Assembly: GCA_023132155.1 (NCBI GenBank) | Contig: JAGLYP010000028.1 | Span: 1-63,759, forward strand | Length of the DNA stretch: 63,759 nucleotides | Source: Candidatus Parcubacteria bacterium | GTDB taxonomy: Bacteria > Patescibacteriota > Patescibacteriia > Patescibacteriales > UBA12075 | Direction of reading: 5' to 3' | Shown here: in pieces, positions 52,619 through 62,120 of the stretch | Layout of the letters: each line of letters begins with the position of its first letter | Numbering within the stretch: the stretch's first letter is position 1 | The notes under the pieces: generated by a model | What the model saw: only the letters and a program-made list of their open reading frames with translations | Database searches by the model: none | What the model was told of the DNA's origin: nothing | Made by a program: the position numbers and the translations under genes

Positions 52619-53044
52619 TTATTTAATCTTATTTAAATCGTTATTTATAATAATTGGTTTCATAGCTATTATTTCATCTTTATAGCTAATTTCCGGAATA
52701 TCATTAAGCAGATAAATTTTTTTATCGTTGACATAGGCAAAAGCAATTTCCATTAATGTATTACCACCGATGTAATTATTTATTTCATTTTTTTTTAAAT
52801 TAACTACCAAAATAGCATCACTGCTAACAATAGCCCGGTAATACCACATAATGTAATCATTCTCAATTTTAAGCTGAGCATGCTCGCCCTTATTAATTCT
52901 TTCCATTATGTTTTTTCTATCCCCCTTCACAGATTCAATATAATGAGGATGTATAATTGGTTTATGCCCTAATTTAATTAATTTATCCATTATTTCCACT
53001 TTTTTTTGTCGAAAAGCGCTGCTGCCGCTTAAAGTTATTTTCAT
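52619..53044 (-). CDS. possible nucleoside 2-deoxyribosyltransferase-like fold protein
   Basis: The 141-aa protein starts MKITLSGS, and IGGNTLMEIAFAYVNDKKIYLL loosely resembles the D.GT..E.G.A.a.gKPv region. The assignment is low-confidence. Confidence 0.35.
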   Translation of the reverse strand: MKITLSGSSAFRQKKVEIMDKLIKLGHKPIIHPHYIESVKGDRKNIMERINKGEHAQLKIENDYIMWYYRAIVSSDAILVVNLKKNEINNYIGGNTLMEIAFAYVNDKKIYLLNDIPEISYKDEIIAMKPIIINNDLNKIK

Positions 53045-53056
53045 AAATTTGGTATG

Positions 53057-53467
53057 TTAGATTATTTTTAATTTCTTAAACCAATACCCCCAAACTTTTT
53101 CTAACTTTAAATTTTTTAATTCTTGTAATTTCACCCACTTCATTTCTTTTGCTTCACGGCTTGACCTTACTTCTCCTTGCCATTTTAAAATTTCAAAAAC
53201 ATGCCAATCGTGTCCTCTTACTCCCTTAGAACATTCATTCCATTCAACAAATTCATGAAATATTTTTTTATACTCTAATATTATTAATCCAGTTTCTTCC
53301 TCAACCTCTCTTATTAGCCCTTCCTCCGGAGTTTCACCTTTTTTAATATGTCCGGCAGGACACGCCCAGCCCGGCGGAAATTGCGCCCGATCCTGCATTA
53401 AAATTTCTCCGTTTTTATTTTTAATAATGGCACCTGCTGATTTGTGCATATTTATTAATCTTTTCAA
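53057..53467 (-). CDS. NUDIX hydrolase
   Basis: The Nudix box is GWACPAGHIKKGETPEEGLIREVEEETGL. Confidence 0.85.
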   Translation of the reverse strand: MKRLINMHKSAGAIIKNKNGEILMQDRAQFPPGWACPAGHIKKGETPEEGLIREVEEETGLIILEYKKIFHEFVEWNECSKGVRGHDWHVFEILKWQGEVRSSREAKEMKWVKLQELKNLKLEKVWGYWFKKLKII

Positions 53468-53548
53468 TATAAAAATTCGGAAAAATATTTTCCGTATATT
53501 TATACTTTAAGCTATTTTTGCTTAAAAGTCAAAAAGTAAAAATTAAAA

Positions 53549-53577
53549 AATAGCCCGAAATAAAAATTCGGGCTATT
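53549..53577 (-). terminator. intrinsic terminator of the 53598-56051 gene
   Basis: AATAGCCCGAAataaaaaTTCGGGCTATT is followed by a T-run on the minus strand. Confidence 0.75.
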
Positions 53578-53597
53578 TCCAAAGTTTAACGGCAGTA

Positions 53598-56051
53598 TTA
53601 TAAAATATCCTTAAATTGCTGCTTAACAGTATTTTTAACGCTTTCGTCTTGTAATACATTGAGCAATGACTGAACTGCCATTTTCGCGTTTTCAGTTTCG
53701 CCGATTTTTTGATACAAAACAGCAAGGCTGTAAAGGGCGTTAGCATGATTAGGATTATTTTTAATAATACTTAAAAATAATTGCTCTGCTGAAACTATAT
53801 CTCCGTTTTTACCAACTGTATTTCCTGCGGTACGGGTTGGTTTTACGCTTAGCTGTTCCGCTGAAGAGGATGCGTTTTCAGGATTGATATCATTTTCGGT
53901 TATTTGTTCAGGAACGGTTTGGCTTAAATTTGGCTGAACAACTCCCCTGTTAAAATAGAGGCGGCCTAATTCAAAACGATAATCAAGATTATTTCGGGAA
54001 GCTAAATTAGCCTGCTTAAGATTCTCAATGGCATTATCAATATCAGTCATTTTTTCATAAGCGATTGCTTTGCCATAATACGCGGCCGCTAAATCACCTT
54101 TTTTCTTAATTGCTTCATCATATTTTTTGATTGCTTCGCCGATAAAATATTTTTTTTCTTCTTCATCCGCCTCGGCATTTGCTCTTGCCATATTAATTAA
54201 AGCGATTCGCAAATACGGCGTTGGATTTTTAGGATCAAGCTCAATAACCTTTTGATATGATTGCTCTGATAATGTTAAGGCATCCCTGGTAAAAAAAGAT
54301 GTGTTTTCATAGATTAACGCTAAAGATTCATTATTTGCCGCTTTATTTTTTGCTAAATCAACCGCTTTTTTGCCCTGTTCAATCGCTCTGCTCAGATTAG
54401 CGCTTACCTCGGGCTGATTACTTCCGCTAAGAGCAAGTTGATTGGCCTTTGCCATATACGCGTTAGCCGCGTTTATATAATAGCTGTCTCTGTAAGGCGA
54501 CAGGCTTACGGCTTTGTTTAATTTTTCAATTTTTTTATCAATATTCCCGGATTCCATTGCTTCTTTGGCATAAACATCAGCAAGGTACATTTTAAGCCCC
54601 ATAGTAAAAAGAATTACCACGCCGGCGCTTACTGTTAAAAATATAGCAGACAATGCCAAGGCGTATTTTGGGGAAGCTCTAAATGATAATTTTAAATCTT
54701 TGAATTTTTCAGGATACATTACCATGGCCGATGATACGGCAAAAATTGAAATTAATACTGTTAATAGGATTAATGAATTGTTTTGCGCGAACAATAAACT
54801 AAAAAGAATTGCTGAAACAAAACTCGCGAAAAGCGCCAAAAGAATTGATGCAATTTCTTTATCTTTTGTTTTTATTATAGATAAAAAGATAATTGACAAT
54901 GAAGTAAGGGCTAAGATTATAATTGACAAAAGGCCAAGCGGACCGACAGTGGCTAAAAATTCAAATAAGGACCCGGAAGAACTGTCAAAACGGACATTCC
55001 AGAGCGGAGATGAATTGAAATCACCGCTTTTAAACTTGGAAAAACTGTAATAAAAAGTTGAAGGTCCGGAACCGAATATTGGATTTTCTTTTAAGCTGGC
55101 TTTGGCGATATTCCAGGAAGCCTCCCGGGAAAGACTGACTTCCGCCGGCAAATTCATGGAGGCAAAATTAAAATTTCCTAAAACCAATAATGTTATCAAA
55201 ACCAAGAACACTCCCAAGGGAATTAATAAATTATTGTTGCTGATTTTAATTATTTTTGCCAAATAAAACATTAAAACTATAGCCGCTCCGACAATCGCAA
55301 TCGGCCAAAATGTAAAACCGCTTAAAAGAAATAAAATGATAAAGGCGCCGATTGCCACTAGGCCTAAAATGGATTTTACAATAATTATCAGGCTTGAATT
55401 GGCTTTTGATAGAATTTCTCTGGTTTGGGCCAAGGCAACCGAAATAAGCGGCAAAGAAATAACTAAAAACATTGTAAGAGCCGAAAGGGAGCCCAAAGGA
55501 TTAAAGCCGGCATTTTTCGCGAAAGGAAAAGGAAGAATATACCAGCCTTTAAACTGAAGCAAAACATATATTGTTAAAACGCTGATAGAAGAAATAAAAA
55601 TCCAAAAAAATATTTTTATTTTTTTGGCATTAAGGTTGTTAACCACCAAATAATAAAATAAAATAAAAACTATTAAGGCAATAAGGCTTTTTGACGAACT
55701 TCCATAAGAACCGATTAAGCTGTCAACGCTGTTGACTGAAAGAATGGTTGATAAAATAAAAACTGCCAATGTTAATATTATCGGGATATCCAAGGGCGTC
55801 CGCTTTAAATTAAGCTCGCCGCAAATAACTCCCTTGGTGACCCACGCGACTATTCCGATTAAAACCAAAAAATAAAACAAAATCATTTTTTCAAAGCCTA
55901 AGCCTTGGGCGATAAAACCGGTAAAAAATAACGGAGTAAGGAAAAATATCAACCCGATAACCAGCGAAATGATAATATCCAACCCGCGAGTTGAAAAATG
56001 CTTTTCTTTTTTATTCTCTTTGGCTAAATTTTTAATTTTTTTTTCTTCCAT
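53598..56051 (-). CDS. O-antigen-ligase-like (Wzy_C-type) polytopic membrane protein with C-terminal TPR repeats
   Basis: About 12 TM spans are followed by about 300 aa of TPR-like repeats (AAAYYGKAIAYEKMTDIDNAIENLKQA, ANALYSLAVLYQKIGETENA). Confidence 0.6.
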   Translation of the reverse strand: MEEKKIKNLAKENKKEKHFSTRGLDIIISLVIGLIFFLTPLFFTGFIAQGLGFEKMILFYFLVLIGIVAWVTKGVICGELNLKRTPLDIPIILTLAVFILSTILSVNSVDSLIGSYGSSSKSLIALIVFILFYYLVVNNLNAKKIKIFFWIFISSISVLTIYVLLQFKGWYILPFPFAKNAGFNPLGSLSALTMFLVISLPLISVALAQTREILSKANSSLIIIVKSILGLVAIGAFIILFLLSGFTFWPIAIVGAAIVLMFYLAKIIKISNNNLLIPLGVFLVLITLLVLGNFNFASMNLPAEVSLSREASWNIAKASLKENPIFGSGPSTFYYSFSKFKSGDFNSSPLWNVRFDSSSGSLFEFLATVGPLGLLSIIILALTSLSIIFLSIIKTKDKEIASILLALFASFVSAILFSLLFAQNNSLILLTVLISIFAVSSAMVMYPEKFKDLKLSFRASPKYALALSAIFLTVSAGVVILFTMGLKMYLADVYAKEAMESGNIDKKIEKLNKAVSLSPYRDSYYINAANAYMAKANQLALSGSNQPEVSANLSRAIEQGKKAVDLAKNKAANNESLALIYENTSFFTRDALTLSEQSYQKVIELDPKNPTPYLRIALINMARANAEADEEEKKYFIGEAIKKYDEAIKKKGDLAAAYYGKAIAYEKMTDIDNAIENLKQANLASRNNLDYRFELGRLYFNRGVVQPNLSQTVPEQITENDINPENASSSAEQLSVKPTRTAGNTVGKNGDIVSAEQLFLSIIKNNPNHANALYSLAVLYQKIGETENAKMAVQSLLNVLQDESVKNTVKQQFKDIL

Positions 56052-56129
56052 AATTTTTATTGGTTAAAAATAAATATTAATTAATTTTTACAAAGCTGAT
56101 TATATATTAGCAAAAAGGCAGAAAAAAGT

Positions 56130-57305
56130 CTAATTATTTTTGTTAATATCTTCGAAAAAATTCAGATACTTTGCCGCGCATTTATCCCATGAATATTCTT
56201 TTTTAATATTAGCGAATTTTTTTAAAAAAATATTATTATCAATTTTATCCAAACAGTATAATTCAATCGTTTTGGCAATTGAGGAAATATCATACGGGTT
56301 AATTAAAGTTGAGTAATCCCCAACAATCTCGCTTAAACTGGAATTATTTGCCGCAATTACCGGACAGCCGCAAGCCAAAGCCTCAAGCGGCGGAAAACCA
56401 AAACCTTCGTAATAAGAAGGGAAAATAAAAAGCGAAGCCAGATTATATAAATATTTTTTATCATTTTTATCAATATATCCGATAAATTTAATATTATTTT
56501 TTTCTAAAGAATTTTTCCAGGTTTTAAAAATATTTTTATTTTTCCATCCGCTCCCGCCGGCGATTACAAGTTTATAATCCGCGGCTTGAGGATTTTTTTC
56601 TAAAAATATTCCAAAAGCCTTGATTATATTTTCAATATTTTTTCTTGGTTCAATTGTCCCCAAATATAAAATAAATTTTTTCGGCAAATTATATTTTTGC
56701 TTAAAATTATAATCGTTTTTGATTAAATTTAATTCTTGTTTGCTGATTTTTCGCATATCATTTTCAATCCCGGAGTAAATTACTTGTATTTTATTTTCCG
56801 AAATGTCAAATAATTCCATTAAATCGTTTTTGGTATTTTTACTTATAGCGATTATTTTATCGTATTTTCGCAAGGTTTTTTTAATATTTATCATTTTATG
56901 CCACAAATTTCTTCTTAAAGAAAAAAATTCAGGATATCTTACAAAAGACAAATCATGGATGGTTATTATTTTTTTTGGGGCATTGGTGTAATTAAAAAAA
57001 TTTAAATTCGGAGAAAAAAATAAGTCAACTCCGCCTAAAATTTTATCCACTTTAGGAAATTTGAATAAATTTTGCATTATATGCTTAAAAAATTTGTTTG
57101 GATAGCGAGTTTGCGCGACTTTTACGTTTGGATATTCAGAAATATCAATTTTTAAATTCTTTGAAGGCGCGAATGAATTAAAATATAAAAAATATTCATT
57201 CTTTTTATCTTTTACGATAATTTTTTTAATAAGATTATAGCTATACTCGGAAACTCCGCTAAAATACGCATCCATTAAAGTTGAGATATCAATTCCAATT
57301 TTCAT
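56130..57305 (-). CDS. GT4-family glycosyltransferase
   Basis: FPSYYEGFGFPPLEALACGCPVIAANNSSLSEIVGD is the EX7E region. Confidence 0.85.
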   Translation of the reverse strand: MKIGIDISTLMDAYFSGVSEYSYNLIKKIIVKDKKNEYFLYFNSFAPSKNLKIDISEYPNVKVAQTRYPNKFFKHIMQNLFKFPKVDKILGGVDLFFSPNLNFFNYTNAPKKIITIHDLSFVRYPEFFSLRRNLWHKMINIKKTLRKYDKIIAISKNTKNDLMELFDISENKIQVIYSGIENDMRKISKQELNLIKNDYNFKQKYNLPKKFILYLGTIEPRKNIENIIKAFGIFLEKNPQAADYKLVIAGGSGWKNKNIFKTWKNSLEKNNIKFIGYIDKNDKKYLYNLASLFIFPSYYEGFGFPPLEALACGCPVIAANNSSLSEIVGDYSTLINPYDISSIAKTIELYCLDKIDNNIFLKKFANIKKEYSWDKCAAKYLNFFEDINKNN

Positions 57306-57318
57306 AAAATATATTTTT

Positions 57319-58443
57319 TCAAGCCCCCTCTTTAAATTTTTTCATTTTTTCATTTATAAAATCTTTTATTTCCCGTTTAAATCTGCTTTTGGAAAATTTT
57401 AAGGCATGCTCTCTTATTTTATAAGAATCCCATGCCTTAGAAAAATTTTTAACTGCCAAAGCTATTGCTTCCGGACTTTCATCATGAAAAAACATTCCGG
57501 TCTCTCCTTCTAAAACCGTTTCTTTGGCACCTCCCCTGTTTAAGGCGATAACCGGCCGGCCTGAAGCCATTGCCTCAACTATGGTTATGCCAAAATCTTC
57601 TCTTTGCGGATTAATAAACGCCTGGCATTCGCTAAAAAGCTTATTTCTTTCTTTATCTGTTACTCGACCTAAAAATTCAATATTTTTATCGTCTCCAGCC
57701 AGTTTTTTTAACCGTTCCATATCAATGCCATCTCCAAAAATTTTTAGTTTATATTTTTTCTCAAATTCTTGATTTAATCTTTTAAAAGCTTTAATAACAA
57801 TATCATTACGCTTATAAGGAACCAGCCGGCAGCCGGTTAAAAAATAATCACCTTGTTTTTTGGAGATATAAAATTGATCCTCTTCCACGCTTGGGTAAAT
57901 TATAGTGGAGCTATGTTTATAATATTTTTTAATTCTTTTTTGTACTGTTTTTGAATTAGCAATATAAAAATCAACCCTATCGGCGGCTATTTTATCCCAA
58001 ATCCTGACATAATTCAAAATTAAAGAAATAATTTTTTTAAAATATTTATTATATTTTAATTCATTGATATATTGATGGGTATCGCTCCATAAATACCTAG
58101 TGGGAGTATGGCAATAACAAATATGCAGACATTCAGGAGTCGTGATGACTCCCTTTGCAAAAGAGCTTGTACTGGAAATAACTAAATCGTAATCAGTTAA
58201 ATCAAAAAATTCAACAGCCATGGGCATAAAAGGCATATACCATTTATAATACTTTGCGCTTCCGGGAAGTTTTTGTATTATGGAAGATTCAATATGGGTA
58301 TTTGGAAAATTTTTTTCTATATTTTTTTGTCTATACAACAAAGTGTATACCGGCGCGTCTGGAAACATTTCTATTAATACCTGCAAAACCTTTTCAGCGC
58401 CGCCCATTTGAGCCAGATGATCGTGAATTAGTGCTACTCTCAT
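57319..58443 (-). CDS. GT4-family glycosyltransferase
   Basis: NPQREDFGITIVEAMASGRPVIALNRGGAKETVLEGETGMFF is the EX7E region. Confidence 0.85.
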   Translation of the reverse strand: MRVALIHDHLAQMGGAEKVLQVLIEMFPDAPVYTLLYRQKNIEKNFPNTHIESSIIQKLPGSAKYYKWYMPFMPMAVEFFDLTDYDLVISSTSSFAKGVITTPECLHICYCHTPTRYLWSDTHQYINELKYNKYFKKIISLILNYVRIWDKIAADRVDFYIANSKTVQKRIKKYYKHSSTIIYPSVEEDQFYISKKQGDYFLTGCRLVPYKRNDIVIKAFKRLNQEFEKKYKLKIFGDGIDMERLKKLAGDDKNIEFLGRVTDKERNKLFSECQAFINPQREDFGITIVEAMASGRPVIALNRGGAKETVLEGETGMFFHDESPEAIALAVKNFSKAWDSYKIREHALKFSKSRFKREIKDFINEKMKKFKEGA

Positions 58444-58509
58444 GTTGTTTATTTGTATTACGTTTAAATTATCGTAACAAATTTTTAATTTCTAATTTTG
58501 TTAATTTTT

Positions 58510-59925
58510 TTACTCAGCCAATCTACTCCTAAACACTGCCAAAGGAGTTCTTATAAGGATTGATAAATCCAGTAAAATTGACCAATTTTCAATGTAATAC
58601 GTGTCAAGTTTAACCTCTTCTTCAAAGCTTAAATCGCTTCTTCCGGAAATCTGCGCCATGCCGGTCATTCCAGGTTTTATAGTTAAAACTTTTTTGTGAT
58701 GATGTTCATAGCGCGCGACTTCTTCCGGCAGATGCGGCCTTGGTCCGACTAAACTCATTTTTCCGGTAAAAACCAAAAATAATTCCGGCAATTCATCTAT
58801 GCTAAAATGTCGGATAAATTCGCCGAATCTGGTAATTCTCGGATCATCCTGTATCTTAACCATGGGTCCGTCGTTTCTTGTATTGCGGCCAGCCAGCTCT
58901 GAGTATCTCAAGTTGTCGGTTTTTGGAATCATGGAACGGAACTTAAAATAATGAAATAAATTACCCCCTTGCCCAACTCGATATAGAAGCGAATTATCGT
59001 CTTTCCTGGAAAAAAATATCGGTCCTTTAGAATCAATTTTGATAATTATAACCGTCAAAATCAAAATTGGGCTAAAAATTACAATCAAAACGGAAGAGCC
59101 GATTAAATCAAAAATTCTTTTTGCTATTCTCCCCCATCCGTCAAGCGGAGTTTTTTTGACTTCAATTATCGGAATACCGGCAATTTCATTTACCTCGGTT
59201 TTTAAAACTTTCGCGTCCAATAAATCCGCAACATATTTAAAAACGATATGATGCTCATCGGCAAAATCGTAAAGCCTTAAAATTTCTCCCTTGCTTAAAT
59301 TAGGATTACTCTGGATAACTTCATCAACCTCTTTTAATTTTAAAAATTCTTCCAGTTCTTGCGCGGATTCAATGCTAAAATCCCTTAGGCGCTTAACAAT
59401 CTTGTATCCGAAAGCGCTTGAAGATGAAAATTTTTTAATGAGATTATCAGCGGTTTTGCTGTTGCCGACTAAAACAACTTTATGGACTCCGATGCCTTTT
59501 TTAAATAACGATCTTTGGATTAAACGAATTACAATTCTTGCTAAACTTATATAAAAAACCGCTAAAATCAGCCCTGCTAAAACAATAAAGCGAGAATCAA
59601 ATAATTCACGCCGCATAAATATCAATATCACTATCAACATAAAGCCGGTTGAACACGCCAACACTACCCGATAAATTTCTTTAATCAATTTTCGCGCGCT
59701 TTTTATGGAGTAAAGCCCGGCAAAAGCAAAAATAATAATCCATAAAATCGCGATCGCGATTAATACTTTGAAATACCCGTTAAAATTCAAATCAAAAATT
59801 ATCGGACGATATTCTTGAAAAAAATCAGCATACCGAATATAGTACGCTGATACGCCTGCCAAAATTATTGCCATGTAATCCAACGGAATCAATAAAAATG
59901 AAAAAAATAGTTCGCTTCGTTTCAT
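58510..59925 (-). CDS. polyprenyl-phosphate hexose-1-phosphate transferase (WbaP/WcaJ-type bacterial sugar transferase)
   Basis: Four or five N-terminal TM spans are followed by KRIFDLIGSSVLIVIFSPILILTVIIIKIDSKGPIFFS...SLVGPRP..P.E....PGMTG. The start is set at ATG 59925 (MKRSELFF), because the upstream 48 codons of the track ORF overlap the RNase P RNA gene. Confidence 0.85.
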   Translation of the reverse strand: MKRSELFFSFLLIPLDYMAIILAGVSAYYIRYADFFQEYRPIIFDLNFNGYFKVLIAIAILWIIIFAFAGLYSIKSARKLIKEIYRVVLACSTGFMLIVILIFMRRELFDSRFIVLAGLILAVFYISLARIVIRLIQRSLFKKGIGVHKVVLVGNSKTADNLIKKFSSSSAFGYKIVKRLRDFSIESAQELEEFLKLKEVDEVIQSNPNLSKGEILRLYDFADEHHIVFKYVADLLDAKVLKTEVNEIAGIPIIEVKKTPLDGWGRIAKRIFDLIGSSVLIVIFSPILILTVIIIKIDSKGPIFFSRKDDNSLLYRVGQGGNLFHYFKFRSMIPKTDNLRYSELAGRNTRNDGPMVKIQDDPRITRFGEFIRHFSIDELPELFLVFTGKMSLVGPRPHLPEEVARYEHHHKKVLTIKPGMTGMAQISGRSDLSFEEEVKLDTYYIENWSILLDLSILIRTPLAVFRSRLAE

Positions 59926-59947
59926 AAAACTTGATAATATAACAAAA

Positions 59948-60438
59948 ATATCAGGACAAGCTATAAGCCGGATCCTGTCCTCCTGCGCTGAAGCTTCGGA
60001 GGACAAGTTCCCTATTTCTTTAAAAAAAAGAGAGCCTGCCCTCCGAAGCTGTAAACGTAGGAGGGGCAATCATTTATCTAGCCCGATTATTGCCAATCGG
60101 GTCATGCGAGCCACTTTTTTCGCGTGGAAGCAAAGCTTCTTTAACGCGATTTGCTCTTGCTTTAGACAGGGTTTACCGCGTACACTCTGTTGCCAGAGGA
60201 CGAGATTTATAGCTTTTTATCTCGAGAACAAAAAACACCAAATCACTTTTCACCTTTCACCAGCGCGAAAGCGCTGGTTAGTATTGTCTCTGTGGCACTT
60301 TCCCTGGAATTTCTTCCGGTGGGCGTTACCCACTGTCGCTTTCATTTTGGATAAAATCCATGCTGGATAAAACCAAAAATCAAAGTCCGGACTTTCCTCC
60401 CCGGTTATACCGGGGTAATTGCCCGCTTATCCTGATAT
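59948..60438 (-). ncRNA. rnpB: RNase P RNA, bacterial type A
   Basis: The minus strand contains these conserved blocks in order: GGAGGAAAGTCCGGAC (P4 5' strand), GGTAACGCCCACC, AGTGCCACAGAGACAA, GGTGAAAGGTGAAAAG, GGTAAACCC, CTAGATAAATGATTGCCCC and GGACAGGATCCGGCTTAT (P4 3' strand). A 14-bp P1 pairs ATATCAGGATAAGC (60438-60425) with GCTTGTCCTGATAT (59961-59948). Confidence 0.9.
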
Positions 60439-60526
60439 TTTTATTATTTTAAATATCCTAAAATTAAAAAGACAACTTTTTATCGTCTTCTATAAAGTAA
60501 CATATTAAAGCATTAAAGTCAATTTT

Positions 60527-61438
60527 TTAAACCCTGGAATATTTTCCGACCGCGATTAAACTGGCAAACATATTTATAAGCGAACCGGCTAAAAATTGCA
60601 TGCCGAAAATAGTAAACATGTTTCCATAAAAAAAGTCAAGCAAATTTACATTGTAACCGACAAAAAAGGCTTCGAGATAAGGTTGTAAAAGCGACAAAAA
60701 GGGATAAAAAATAAGCATTATCGCCGCTACTCCAAAAAACGCGTATATCAGGCCTGATATCAAATATGGCATTTGAATAAACCAGTTAGATGCTCCGACC
60801 AATTTCATTATTGTAATTTGCCGGCGGTGGGTATATATCGCGACGCGCACTGAATTGTAAATAACCAAAATCGTAATCATAATAAAAATGGCGCTTAAAA
60901 ATATGCCTGCCTCAGTTACTTTTCTTGTAATACTATTTATTTTTTCCAATAATGCTTTATAATTCGTAAAATTCCTTGATTCAATAATATTTTCATCAAG
61001 CGCGTTTAAACGATTGACTAAATTGTCAAAAACATCTAAATTTTTCGGTTTAATCACTAACGTCGGCGTAAGCGGATTAATATTTAATTCTCGTAAAGCC
61101 TCCAAAATTTCCGGATTATCCTGATGCTTCTCTTTGAAGTTTTTCAGGGCTTGGGCGTTTGAAATATACTCAACGTTTTTCACTTCGTTTAAATTATTTA
61201 TTTTTGCTTTCAGAGCCAATATTTCATCTTCCTTCGCGTTTGGCTTTAAATAAAGATTAACATCAATTTTTTCCTCAACCGCCTCGACCGCCATATCGCC
61301 GATTACTTTAACCATCAAAAGCATATTAACCGTAAACAAGGCTAAAATTAAAATAATTACCGTAACCAAAGACAGCCAGATATTTCTAAATATATCTTGC
61401 AGGCTAAATTTAATAATTCTGGCAAAAGAAAAAAACAT
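60527..61438 (-). CDS. ftsX: cell division permease-like protein FtsX
   Basis: The layout is TM1, a large periplasmic loop, then three C-terminal TM spans. The gene lies directly downstream of ftsE. ATG 61438 is preferred over TTG 61459. Confidence 0.85.
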   Translation of the reverse strand: MFFSFARIIKFSLQDIFRNIWLSLVTVIILILALFTVNMLLMVKVIGDMAVEAVEEKIDVNLYLKPNAKEDEILALKAKINNLNEVKNVEYISNAQALKNFKEKHQDNPEILEALRELNINPLTPTLVIKPKNLDVFDNLVNRLNALDENIIESRNFTNYKALLEKINSITRKVTEAGIFLSAIFIMITILVIYNSVRVAIYTHRRQITIMKLVGASNWFIQMPYLISGLIYAFFGVAAIMLIFYPFLSLLQPYLEAFFVGYNVNLLDFFYGNMFTIFGMQFLAGSLINMFASLIAVGKYSRV

Positions 61439-61439
61439 A

Positions 61440-62120
61440 TTATAATATATATTTACCAACCGCTTGATCGCTGATTATCGTACCGTCATCAATAGTTACA
61501 ACTCTGCGCCTCAAGTTATTAACCACTTCGCGATTATGTGTAACCAAAATTACGGTTGTGCCGAATTTATTTATTCTTAATAACAATTCAATTATTTCGT
61601 TGGCGTTAATTGAGTCTAAATTTCCCGTCGGCTCATCAGCTAAAAGAATTTTTGGCCGATGAACAAGCGCGCGGGCAATTGCCGCTCTCTGCTGTTCTCC
61701 GCCTGATATTTCCTGAGGATAACTGCTAATCTTTTTTTCCAAACCGACAATTTTCATAACATGCGGAACTATTTTTTTAATTTTAGCCGGCCGGCCGCCG
61801 CACACCTGCATGGCAAAGGCGACATTTTCAAATAAAGTTTTTTTATTTAATAATTTAAAATCCTGAAAAATAACGCCAATCTGCCGCCTGAGTATGGGGA
61901 TTTCCCTTTGTCCGATGTCGGTAATATCCCAGCCGCCAATAATTATTTTGCCCTCATCAACCTGCTCCTCGCCGATCATTGTTTTAACAAGAGTGGTTTT
62001 TCCGGTTCCGGATTGTCCGACAATTGAAACAAATTCTCCAGGCTTAACGTGGAGATTTATTTTATTCAAAGCTTTCCCGCTTTTATTATATATTTTTGAA
62101 ACATTATGAAATCTAATCAT
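61440..62120 (-). CDS. ftsE: cell division ATP-binding protein FtsE
   Basis: Walker A is GQSGTGKTT, the ABC signature is ISGGEQQR and Walker B is ILLADEPTGNLD. At 226 aa the length fits. Confidence 0.9.
   Translation of the reverse strand: MIRFHNVSKIYNKSGKALNKINLHVKPGEFVSIVGQSGTGKTTLVKTMIGEEQVDEGKIIIGGWDITDIGQREIPILRRQIGVIFQDFKLLNKKTLFENVAFAMQVCGGRPAKIKKIVPHVMKIVGLEKKISSYPQEISGGEQQRAAIARALVHRPKILLADEPTGNLDSINANEIIELLLRINKFGTTVILVTHNREVVNNLRRRVVTIDDGTIISDQAVGKYIL

Noticed and set aside
60104-60370. An 88-aa plus-strand ORF, and the N-terminal 48 codons of ORF 58510-60069
   Set aside because: Both lie on the RNase P RNA gene (59948-60438, minus strand). The higher GC of the structured RNA keeps frames open by chance. 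The transferase has a good internal ATG at 59925 just before its first TM helix.
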